A DNA stretch of 64,000 nt, taken from NCBI GenBank assembly GCA_028534125.1, contig CM052816.1:41542001-41606000 (forward strand), written 5' to 3'. The stretch is from Lama glama (Eukaryota). Below are positions 12,195 to 22,212 of the stretch, in pieces (the first letter of the stretch is position 1; every line of letters starts with the position of its first letter). The position numbers and the translations under genes were made by a program. The notes under the pieces were generated by a model. That model ran no database searches, had not been told where the DNA came from, and saw only the letters and a program-made list of their open reading frames with translations.

Positions 12195-14400
12195 AGACAG
12201 CCTGGGGTTGGCCAGGTTTTGCCACATTCGGATCCCTACCTATGGCCTAAGAGAAAGACCTCTGTATGAAAAGTTCAAAGGAAAGGATGCTAATCCTTTT
12301 GAATGGAATTTGGAATATGATAGGGCCTTTCAAAACTGAAAAAGCAGTTACTTCAGGCCCCTGCCCTGGCCCTCCCCAACTTAGCTAAACCCTCTGACCT
12401 CTACTTTCACAAGAGAAGGGGAATCATTCTTGGGTTATTACCTCTAAAAGTAGACCCCTTTATTCCACTGGTTGCTTATTTTTCTAAACAATTAGATCAA
12501 ACCATTAAGGGACAGCCTCCTTTCCTACAGGCGGTAGCAGCTACTACCACCCTGCTAAAGGAGGCTGAGAAGTTAGCATTTGCTCAGCCAGTCACTACAT
12601 GGATTCCACACCAGGTTCAGACTTTAGTAAATTCTAAGGGAACAGAATGACTATCCCCCAAAAGGTCGATTCAAGTTCAGGCTATGCTTTTAGACAACCA
12701 GTAGCTACCAAAGAAAACCATCACATGCTAAAATCTGCGACCCTGTAACCCATAGAATCGCCCCCGACCCCAACCCCAGAGTGCGATTATATAGAAACCA
12801 GAGATAGGATCTATTCCTGACCTAGGAAGTGAACTTCCCTCAAACACGGAAGAAGAATGGTTCATAGACAAGAGCAGTTTTACGAGAGAAGGAAAAAGGC
12901 TGGTGGGATACACAGTGACCTCCAGACCCAAGTCACAGAGGCACGAAGCCTACCCCAAGGGACTTCTGCCCAAAAGGCAGAGCTGATAGCCCTCACTCGA
13001 GCCTCAGAGTTCAGGACAGGGAAGATCTTAAATGTTTACGCAGACTCCTGGTAGGCATTTGCCATCCAGGAGTAGGCGTGCACACGGGGTTATTTAGAAG
13101 GAAAGAGGTACACATACTGCAGAGAATAAACAGGTGAAACGGTTTAAGCACACTGAAGTTCTTAGAAGCAGTACAACTTCCAAAAAAGGTGACAGTGATT
13201 CACTGTAGGGGTCACCAAAAGGGAAATGCAGAGGTAATAAAGGGAAAAAATGAGGCAGACACAATTGCCAAAAGGGCAGCCTTAGGACTAGCAACTTGGC
13301 AACAACCCCTCATACATGGAAGGCCAGATCCATCCAATTACTCCCCAATTTACACAAAGGAAGTATCAGATAAAGCCTGAAAATGAGACTTCACTAGAGA
13401 TCTAGGAGGCCATGGGTGGCTCGTTACTGAACACTGGCAAACCCTTTTCCCCCAAACTTCAGCTCATCAAGTCATCAGGGAGGCCCATCAAGGAACTTAC
13501 ACAGAAGGGAGGACCCATATAACTAGTTAGCTGGGGTCATGGTAACTCTAGGCATGAAAAATATAATCGGTCGGATGGCTGAGACATGCCCTATCTGCAC
13601 AATAAACAGCCCCAACTCCAGACCCCCAGAGGCCCATTCAGACCAGAGGGACATATCCTGGGAAGACTGACAGACTAATTTCACTGTTGGGTATCTTTTG
13701 GTGCTAGCAGACACATTTTCAGGGTGGGTAGAAGCATTCCCTGCTAGAACTGAAACGGCAGCTGAAGTGGCTAAGGCAGCAAGCACCAAGAGAAATAATC
13801 CCCGTATTTGGACTCCTAGGATCCCTATGAAGTGTTAAGGATCAGCATTCGTGTCCCAAGCAACAAAAGGGATAAGGAGTGCACTGAGCATAAAATGGGC
13901 CTTGCACTTAACCTAGAGACCCCAATCATCTGAGGAAGGAGAGATCCAACCATACCTGAAAGCAAACCTTAGCCAAGCTATGTCAGGAAACTCAAGAAAA
14001 CTGGATTAAGTTATTCTCAATTGCTCTGCTCCACATGCAGTTAGCTCTAAGAGATAAATTAAAGTTATGTGCGTTTGAACTTATGTATCCCCATTCCCCA
14101 AGCACAAGAGAAAGGACACCTCAGCCCCCTAGGAATGGAACAACTCAGCATGCCCTCCAGCTAAGAGAAACAATGAAAGGTCTCACAGAATATGGTAACC
14201 AGGTGTTGTCTGCACCCACCAACCTGGCCCTCCATCCCTTCTGTCCAGGACACTGGGTGTATCTAAAACCCTGGAAAACCAGCAGCCTGCAAGACCGACT
14301 CACTCTAAGTAGAATGAACCCCATTTGGTGATCCAAACTCCCTCGTCCTGCTCTGAAGTTGCACAGGATACTCTGTGGGTACAACACACTCAAATGAAAA
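12195..14400 (+). pseudogene. ERV pol remnant (RT thumb/tether, RNase H, integrase)
   Basis: LGLARFCHIRIPTYG..PLYEK; APALALPNLAKP; AYFSKQLD; TSAQKAELIALTRA..NVYADSW; VIHCRGHQKG..NEADTIAKRAAL; LLVLADTFSGWVEAFPARTETAAEVAKA. Disrupted. Confidence 0.92.
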
Positions 14401-14499
14401 GGGTCCCCGAGCCCAGCCTCTGGAGAGACAACCTGGGACAAAGACCCCCTTAACTACTGATGTGAACATCTGTCTCTAATCTGAAGCTGCTCTTCCAAA

Positions 14500-16100
14500 A
14501 AACAACAAAAGTGTAACCAGTATTAAAGAGAAAAACACAGCTAGGCAGGGTACCTCGATGCCCTAGAAAGACCCTACACACACCTATATGGATGAAACAC
14601 CAGGGTACCAGCCCTTCAAGAACTCAAGTTAATGGCACAGGGCTGATGTGTTTACAAAAAGGATACATGTTCTTAGGTAAGCCCCAAACTCAAGGATAGG
14701 CTGGGCATCCCACCAAGGGAAGGGGCTGTATCACCAGTGGAACAGTGGGACCAGATCCGAGCCTGGTTAAAGTTTACATTCAGACCACTAACAAAAAAGA
14801 GAAGCTACAACATTCCAGAAGAGCAGCAGGACTACTAACTGCAGGAATCACTGCACTTACGGGGCACCAGTGACCTTGGCCAGGGAAACCATATATAGCA
14901 CTGTCATCATAAAAAAAGGTAACAGCCACTGTGGCAACAGTGACCAACGAGACTGGCCTTGACTTCACACTATTACAAAAGTCCACTGACTCACTGGCCA
15001 GTATGGTCCTGGATAACCAAATAGCTCTAGATTATGTTAGCTGACTGGGGAGTGGGGGAGTGCTTGTGCACTGGCCAATACGTCGCAACTGAAGAAAGCA
15101 CAGAAAGCTACTAGAAAACGCAACTTGGCTGGCAGAAACCAGGCAGCCAAACAATAGTGGAGTAAGGTAAAACAGGTCCTCCCTGGTGTCACTAGGTTTT
15201 TACCTTGGCCCATTAATGAAAATTACTCTCTTGCAAATATTTGGGCCATGCACCCTAAATTATCTGGTGTCCTTCGTCTTCAAAAGTTTTATGGAATGGA
15301 GCAGAACCCTATGGGGCCTTCCCAGAACAGACCCTCCTCCCTTAGTGTCCCCCCACCTGCCTCTTGATTGTAGAAAACCTTCAGCCTCCTAGGCTTTCTT
15401 TGAGTTCCAAAGACTAAATTTAATCAGAGAAGTGTGAAAATGCAGAAACAATGGAAAATAGTCAAGCAAAACAAAATAATAATAGTTCAGCCATTAAACA
15501 AAGTCAAGGACTGTTAGTTCCTCCTCCTCAAGGGCCATAGATATTCTGAGCCATGTTGAGCTGTTTTGCAGAGACTGAAAGCCCACCAGGTGGAAGAAAT
15601 TAACTGCATGCTGATTAAACAAGCACAGAGATCCAGACTGGTTGGAACCAGGTTAATGTTGTTGACTCCCAAAATACCACCCTGTTATGTCACCGTCAAC
15701 TTGTCAGAAGTCCACGAACTGATAACGCACCCCGCAACCCTCTCCCTCACCCTGTCTTTAAAAATCTTTCCCTAAAAGCCATTGGAGAGTTCAGGTCTTT
15801 TGAGCATTAGCCTCCAGTATGACTTGCTTGGCCCTGCAATAAATGTTGCACTTCCCTTTACCACAACATGGTACCAGTGGATTGGCTTTACTGCACCAGG
15901 AGAGTGGATGCAAGTCTCGTTCGGTAACAGAATCTATAAAACTCCAAATGGTGGTCGCGCAGAGGTGCGAACAGTCAGCACTAAGACACGGCGAGAACCA
16001 AACAGACCTAAAGGCAGCTGGGAAGCAGCTCTGCTCCTCCACCCAGGTTTATGAGGACGTCCAAACTCAGCAGGAATTAGTTTTCAAAAGACGAACCTGC
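14500..16100 (+). pseudogene. ERV env remnant, mostly TM, interrupted by a solo LTR
   Basis: SRRA/AGLLTAGITAL cleavage and fusion-peptide-like stretch ~14812-14865; immunosuppressive-domain-like DSLASMVLDNQIALDY ~14988-15035; LQIFGPCTLNYLVSFV; tail ESIKLQMVV resumes at 15930. Confidence 0.85.
15297..15929 (+). mobile_element. Solo LTR of a second ERV1 family (resembles MER41-like artiodactyl LTRs)
   Basis: Begins tggagcagaaccctatggggcc (5' boundary uncertain by ~5 nt), has AATAAA near 15838 and ends gttcggtaaca; 'gaat' occurs at both junctions; splits env. Confidence 0.8.
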
Positions 16101-16147
16101 GCCCTTCGGCACACCTCAGGAATGAGGAGCAGGACAAAAGACGGACT

Positions 16148-16690
16148 TGTCACCGGCAAAGCCCAATAACAATTCCCAGGAAATAAACAGAATCTGGGTA
16201 ATAAAATAAAGTCTAACCTTTCTTTTCCCTTGGAGCTTCGTCTGGTGTAACTTGCTCACAGTGTACCACCGGCAGACGCCTTGCACTCGGAGAGACGGCT
16301 ATGCCGGCGCCTCAGCTCCCCTGGCCCTGCGGAGACGCTGCACACGGCCCTGCAGTGCAAGATGGCGGCAGACGCATGCGCAGAGGCGCTGCACCTGGCG
16401 CTTCAGTCCGGCGTGAGAGCGGCTCAGCGGCGCCCCGCCCGCGCGAGCTCCGCCCCTCCCTGCCCGCTGGTGAGAACCCTGTAAAGCCTCCACAGCTGTG
16501 CGGCACCCACGAGACTCCGCCCTGCTCTGCTGTGAAGCAGCCCTGCCCACGGCCTTCTGAGATCTCGGTCTCTGTAGTCCGTGCTCATGCCTCTTCATTC
16601 TAGGTTAACTTTGCTTCTGAACTGAACTCCCTCTCCTTCTCTTGCTACAAGCAGTCCTGCGCAGAATGACCCTTGCTGGAGACCAACACA
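16148..16690 (+). mobile_element. 3' LTR of provirus (CpG-rich)
   Basis: Collinear with 9926-10424 at both ends and in the core; preceded by purine-rich aggaatgaggagcaggacaaaag. Confidence 0.85.
16260..16590. promoter_or_regulatory. LTR-derived CpG island / candidate promoter
   Basis: About 31 CpGs in 330 bp (hand count); YY1 motif caagatggcggc 16358-16369; NRF1-like gacgcatgcgca 16371-16382; GC boxes at 16433-16440, 16448-16456 and 16515-16522. Confidence 0.7.
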
Positions 16691-17479
16691 AGAGGATCGG
16701 TAGCAGTTGTCTTCTAGCCCCCTAGGCCTGTTTAATTTAGCAACCCGTTTTCTTCCCTCAAATCTTTTCTCCACATCTCAGTTTCTGCAGAACTTGTTTT
16801 CCGGTCAGTAGAATTCTAGTTAATTATGGTTTTACTCTATGAGTAATGTGAAAATAAGATGCACAAACAAAAACAAGACACCACCTCATCTGTATTTCTT
16901 CATTCCTTTTAGCATTTGGGTAAGTATTTTTATTTAGCATAGAATTCGTGATAGTCTTTTGTTCCAGAAAGAAGGTGGAAAGAGTACAAGTTGTCAGAAA
17001 GTGAGGTCAGACTCCTTCCTGCTCTCTGCCTTGGGCTTCTCACCTCTTTGCTCCATTACAGTTTACTTTTCTTATGTGTAGGTTATCTTTTGAAACTGTC
17101 ACTTGTTCTCTCACTCCTAGAATGCAGAGGGTTCCAAAGTATCCTTCCTATTTTAATTCTAGCCGCCGAAACTATAAAATGTCAATATGGATGGGCAAAT
17201 TCTTTAAAGAAGAGATTGAAATTTACTTATGTAACTAATAATGTTAATTATATTTGAATTGATAACATAATAAATACAAATGAACACATGCTAATATTTT
17301 AATATGATTGTTGGCAAATCTCTACTTGAGCATGAACAACTGGCTCTAAAAATGTTTGAGACGCGTTGGTAATCATACATGTAGTACATCTAGTTATCTG
17401 GTTGCTCTGGTCACTCACTTGTCTTCTAAACGTGCTCTCCAAGCACAGGGGAGATTCTTAAGGCCAAGTTTGTTCTTTG

Positions 17480-17501
17480 AAGCTATTCTAGAAAAATAAA
17501 A

Positions 17502-17540
<39 letters not shown>

Positions 17541-18295
17541 CCAGAGATTGACTTATTTTAAGGCATTGGCTCATGTGAATGGTGAGGCTGGCAAATCTAA
17601 AGTTCTTATGGCAAGCCTGCAGCCTGGAAAGTGAGTCAGGGTTTCTATGTTGCAGTCTGGATGCAAAATTCTTTTTTCTTTGTGAAACCTCAGTCTTTGT
17701 GTTAGGTAGTTTAGATAGAAATGAGCACTGGGCAGGGGGAGAGAAAGGAGAAAGGGACAATCCAGAACGCAAGGAACCTGCGGTGTCAGTTAACCAGGGC
17801 GCAGGGAACATGAGCTGTCAATCACCCAGAGCACAGGGAACCTGAATTGTCGATCAATCAATCACGAAACCAGGATATAAAAACAGGAAAAACAAAGGAA
17901 TGGTGACATTTTTCCTCTCTTAGATCGGCCTGCTCCCAGTTCTTGGGAGTGTACTAGCTTCCACTATTTTTTTTTTAATTTCACTAATAAAAATCTTGTT
18001 CATATCATGCTTTTTGTCTCTCGTCAAAAATTCTTTTTTTTCGGATCACTAAGAATGGAGGTAATTCTTATTTCCCTTTTCCTGGTAACATTTGCTCTTA
18101 AGGTCTCTACAGCTGCTTGAATGAGGGCCACCCACACTATGAGGAGACAGGGGGTCATCTGCTTTATTCAGTGTCTATTGATTTAAATATTAATCACATC
18201 TAAAACATACCTTCACAGCAACATCTAGACTGGTGTTGACCAAACACCTGGGCACCATAGCCTATAAAAGTTGACCCAAAATTAACTGCCGCTGT
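17480..18295 (-). mobile_element. MLT2B-like ERVL LTR with (TA)n at ~17508-17536, split by a solo LTR
   Basis: 'ttttaaggcattggctcatgtgaatggtgaggctggcaaatct' ... 'accttcacagcaacatctagactggtgttgaccaaaca' resemble antisense MLT2; halves rejoin across 17700-18094. Confidence 0.8.
17700..18090 (+). mobile_element. Solo LTR (391 bp, probably ERV1 class)
   Basis: tgtta...taaca inverted termini; perfect 4-bp TSD tttg (17696-17699, 18091-18094); tataaaa near 17876; aataaa near 17986. Confidence 0.88.
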
Positions 18296-18438
18296 GGCCT
18301 TGCCATTCCTTGGCCTTAGCTAATTGGAAAAAGATGCACACTTTAGACAGGACTAATCACGTTTCTCTCACGGGATGTATTCTGAGAGATGCAGGGACTC
18401 TTGTGGGTCTTTGTTGATCCCTTGACCTAGAAAGTTAT

Positions 18439-18680
18439 TTTTTTTAATTGAGTTATAGTCAGTTTACAATGTTGTATCAATTTCTGGTGTACAGCATAAT
18501 TTTTCAATCATACATGAATATACATATATTTGTTTTCATATTCTTTTTCACCATGAGCTACTACAAGATCTTGAATATATTTCCCTGTGCTCTACGTTAT
18601 AAACTTGTTTATCTATTCTACGTATACCTGTCAATATTGATAAATCTCAAACTCCCAGGCTGTCCCTTCCCACCCCCCTC
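18439..18680 (-). mobile_element. Short L1 3'-end insertion, same family as 4963-9750
   Basis: Reverse complement of the L1 3'UTR (~9510-9745); perfect TSD cctagaaagttat at 18426-18438 and 18681-18693. Confidence 0.9.
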
Positions 18681-18939
18681 CCTAGAAAGTTATATATATC
18701 AGTTGTCTTTAAAGGAACATAAGAATGAAGCAGGCACACAGAGAAGCAAAATCAAGAGATGGCGCACACTCAGAGCAGCCCAGTGAATTCTCTTATAGGG
18801 CTCAGCTGTATTTTCTGCTCTTAGATTTTGTGATAATATCAGATTTTTTTTCCAAATGAAAACTTTTCTATTTATTTGAGTGAGTTTATATTCTTTACCA
18901 CAAAGTCATCCCTAAGATACCATTTTCACATACCATGTT

Positions 18940-19520
18940 TTTTATCATTTATGTGATTAACTGCCAAAAGCTGCTAAGGAGTCACTTAAGATAAAAACAG
19001 AAGTTAGTCATTGGATTTGGTAACAGAATTAAAATTCTGACCTTGACAAGTCTCAGTCAAGTGGAAGGATACTATTCCAAATGAAGTAGATTGAAGAAAG
19101 CATGTGAGGTGAGGAAACAGAAACTGTGACTCACAGGCAACATTTTTAAGAAGTTCGAGGGTGAAGGGGACCAGAGACATGGGTCCTTTTCTACACGGTT
19201 ATGTCAAGTGTGAGGAAGATTTTCTTTTTTTCACAGGTGGAGGTTGTTTGAAAGAGAAGCAGGTACTTTGGGTATTTTTCATTTATGCAAATGATCCAGT
19301 AGAGAGAAAAAAAAAACATGATGCAGAGGAAAGGGGATAATTGGGAGAATCAAGGCTTTATAAAGGTGAGAGTTTACAAAGAGAGAGTTTCAGAGCACAG
19401 GGGAGGGAGTTGGTCCTGGAGAATGACCTTCCATAGTAAAAGAAGTGTGGGTGCCATGAGGACATGATTACTCACAGGCTGGTCATTTTGGAGGCTGCAT
19501 CTATTTTCTCACATAAACCA
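18940..19520 (-). mobile_element. LINE-2 relic
   Basis: 'gtcattggatttggtaacag...ctgaccttgacaag', 'gtgaggtgaggaaacagaaac' and 'gaaggggaccagagacatggg' resemble antisense L2. Confidence 0.5.
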
Positions 19521-22085
19521 AATTCAATCATCTGAAAAATGGAAAAGACAGAGGAAGATTAATAAAGATGAAAAATGGTGAAATAGTTCTCTTAAAAGGA
19601 AAGAAAATACTTAAGGAAGACACATGTAATGGCACTGCTGTAACTAAATAAAAATGACCAAGATACCCCAACAAGTGATTCCCTGTGACTAAATTTTTTA
19701 GCCTGAAATTGGACAGACCTGCTTATCCTTCAAACGTATAAAACAGGAATAAGTACATTTGGCTGCCCTTACTGAGGACCTTACCTGCGTGTTTGTAGTT
19801 TTCCATGGCACCTCCCAGGCCAGTGTTTTAACCATTTTGCTGTTATGGAAACTGACCAAGAGAAGTTAATTCTCCCAAGATCACAGCTAGTGATGGCTGC
19901 AATTAAAATTCAGTTGTGGTTTTTCAGAGCTTCATCATGCCCCGCGCTTTCCTCTGTTCCACGCTTTCTCCATACTGTACGTCCTAGCTACCGACAGCCT
20001 CAGGGTATGGAGTCTTGGGGACAGAAATGGGCAAGGAGAGGGAGACTTAAACAAAGGTATACCTCCACAAGTGCAATGAGAACAACCCGAACTTACGGGT
20101 CACTTTCACATTCCGCTAGTGGAATGCCTGTATCACGTCTGGGGACTCTTGAGTACTGTCTGGATGTCTCTGGAAAGCAAAATTCTTCCTTAGTCAATGC
20201 CCAATCATTTATTATTAAAGGCGGACAAACTAATTTTTTTGATTCACTAGGTTTTCAAATCCTAATTTTCAAAATCCCATAACTATATCCACATTTCATA
20301 AAATGTTGTTCGAACATTTGAGATGTGTCATCTCTATAATAAATTGCTGTTTATTCAATGCACCAAAGAGGAAATGGAATTGTTTCCAAAATGCCAAACA
20401 TCCAAACTTGTTCTTTGTGTTCCAACCATTGTAATCACCAGAGGGCAGTATGAATCCACTCATTAAGCTGAACCACAGAAAAGACTTGACAGGTACTCTG
20501 CAAAATTTTTGCTCTGCGATTTCCAAAAATAATTTGAAAAATTATAAATCCCCTCAGAAAGTTTAAGTCATATCTTAAAAAGTTCAAAATAAATTTTGTA
20601 TTTTATAACAAAGGATATAATTTCTGGTATATTTGAAATACTGCTATTTTAAAACAAAATTCTTATCACCTTTTCCATATATCCAAAGGAAACTATATAC
20701 CATGGCAATTTGATACTCATCACCATCCATTTAAAAATTATATGGTGGGCGTATGGGAAGGAGGGCTCCAGGTACTGGTGGTAGGTCCCCTCTTACCTCT
20801 GTCCTTCCTGGCTTCACCCTTGTATTTAATTAACTAAACAATCCCCCCTTTTTTTAACCCCTAAAAATATACATGGGAAAAGCTTTCTTATGCAATTGGA
20901 AAATTTGTATTTTTCTACTTTCTTCTTAACTTGTATAAAAACTCTTCCATCACAACACATGTACTTGGAGGTTTTTTGGATCAGCCTTTCACACTTCCCT
21001 GTAACAAAGATACATAAACTAAAATATAGTTTTAAAAAATTTCAAGTCACCATAATTATTACAGTTATTACTAATATATAATTAATCACAAGAGCATAAA
21101 TGTATTATAAATGTTAATAATTATTACACTTAAAAAGTAAAATTGCATTTGAAATGTAGATATTAATGAGATGGACAAGGATATATTTATTTTAGAATAA
21201 GACAGGATTCAGCATTAGTTTTATTTCTATTACCCTGACAAACTTGATCACATCAGTTAGTAGATGGAAGGAGTTTTGTTCAGGCAATACCATAAAGTTC
21301 CTTGAACTCCTCCCATGTTATATGCCAAAATCAGTAGTGACTGACCATCAGAAGTGTTGTAATGATCTAATAGTTGATGACTGGATTAGATCCTCCTATT
21401 TTGTGGTGAGAAAGAATTGAAAACTACCTGATTTGTAAAATGATTGTGACCCACTCATTAGAGTCGTTTCCTTGCTTAAGCAATGTTTTGAGTTGTCCCC
21501 TGGCTTGATGCTCCAGAGGTTTTTTCAAATCAGGGCATTGTTCCACTAGCCACAGGTGAGCAATATGCATTTCAAGACTGATTATGAAAAGAGAGTGGGC
21601 AAGGAAAGCCAGCACAGTCTGCAACTTTGGGGATGGCTTCAGGCAGAACAGTTTTAAGAAATATTACATATGAAACAAGAAGATCTGGAAATTATGTGCA
21701 TGTACCCCTCAGAAAGCCTTCATGTAAGCCAGCTGGAAGGTTTTTGTCCTAACTAACTTAAAATAAAAACACAGGACTTTTCTCACCCCTGGATCTTCAA
21801 AATCAATTGACTTCAGGACATGTGATGAAAATCGAGAAATATGAAAACCCAAAGTTTGATTTTTATCTAAGTAAACATAATTTTAAATCTCAGTGAAGAA
21901 ATTTCTTTCTCTAAACTGATGTATTTATTAGCCCATACCATCTTCTAATTCTTTTTTGTGTCATCATAGTTACGATTTTGTGTTCTGCATTTTAACTGAA
22001 ATATACTTTTTATATATTTAAATATTTAAATATATTTAATATGAAGTATTCTTTGTATATACATACATTTGAAATATACTTTTTA

Positions 22086-22212
22086 ATTTTTAAAAATATT
22101 TTATCTTTTTTGTTTTTTTTTGTTTTTAAATGGAGTTACTGGGGATTAAACCTAAAACCTCGTGCATGCTAAGCATGTATGCCACCACTGAGCTATACCC
22201 TCCCCACCTCCC
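22086..22212 (-). mobile_element. tRNA-Ala-derived SINE (vic-1-like)
   Basis: Minus strand reads ggggagggtatagctcagtggtggcatacatgcttagcatgcacgagg... with an A-rich tail; TSD tgaaatatacttttta at 22070-22085 and 22213-22228. Confidence 0.88.

Larger units (their letters stand above)
9926..16690 (+). mobile_element. Decayed class I (gammaretrovirus-like, ERV9/HERV-W/H supergroup-like) provirus with two LTRs
   Basis: Homologous LTRs start tgtcacc..aaagc..ataacaattcc (9926, 16148) and end gcagaatgac..gctgg.gacca..aca (10424, 16690). PBS, gag MA, pol tether/RNaseH/IN and env TM remnants lie between them in order, with a purine-rich tract before the 3' LTR. Confidence 0.9.

Noticed and set aside
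14500..16169. Domesticated env (syncytin-like) gene
   Set aside because: Env is deleted, frameshifted and split by a solo LTR; no long ORF.
16913..16919. 7-nt micro-exon between AG and GTAAGT
   Set aside because: No host gene visible on this strand; only the donor was kept as a finding.
19845..20282. 145-aa ORF
   Set aside because: Starts in MIR-like sequence; no recognisable domain or supporting exon structure.
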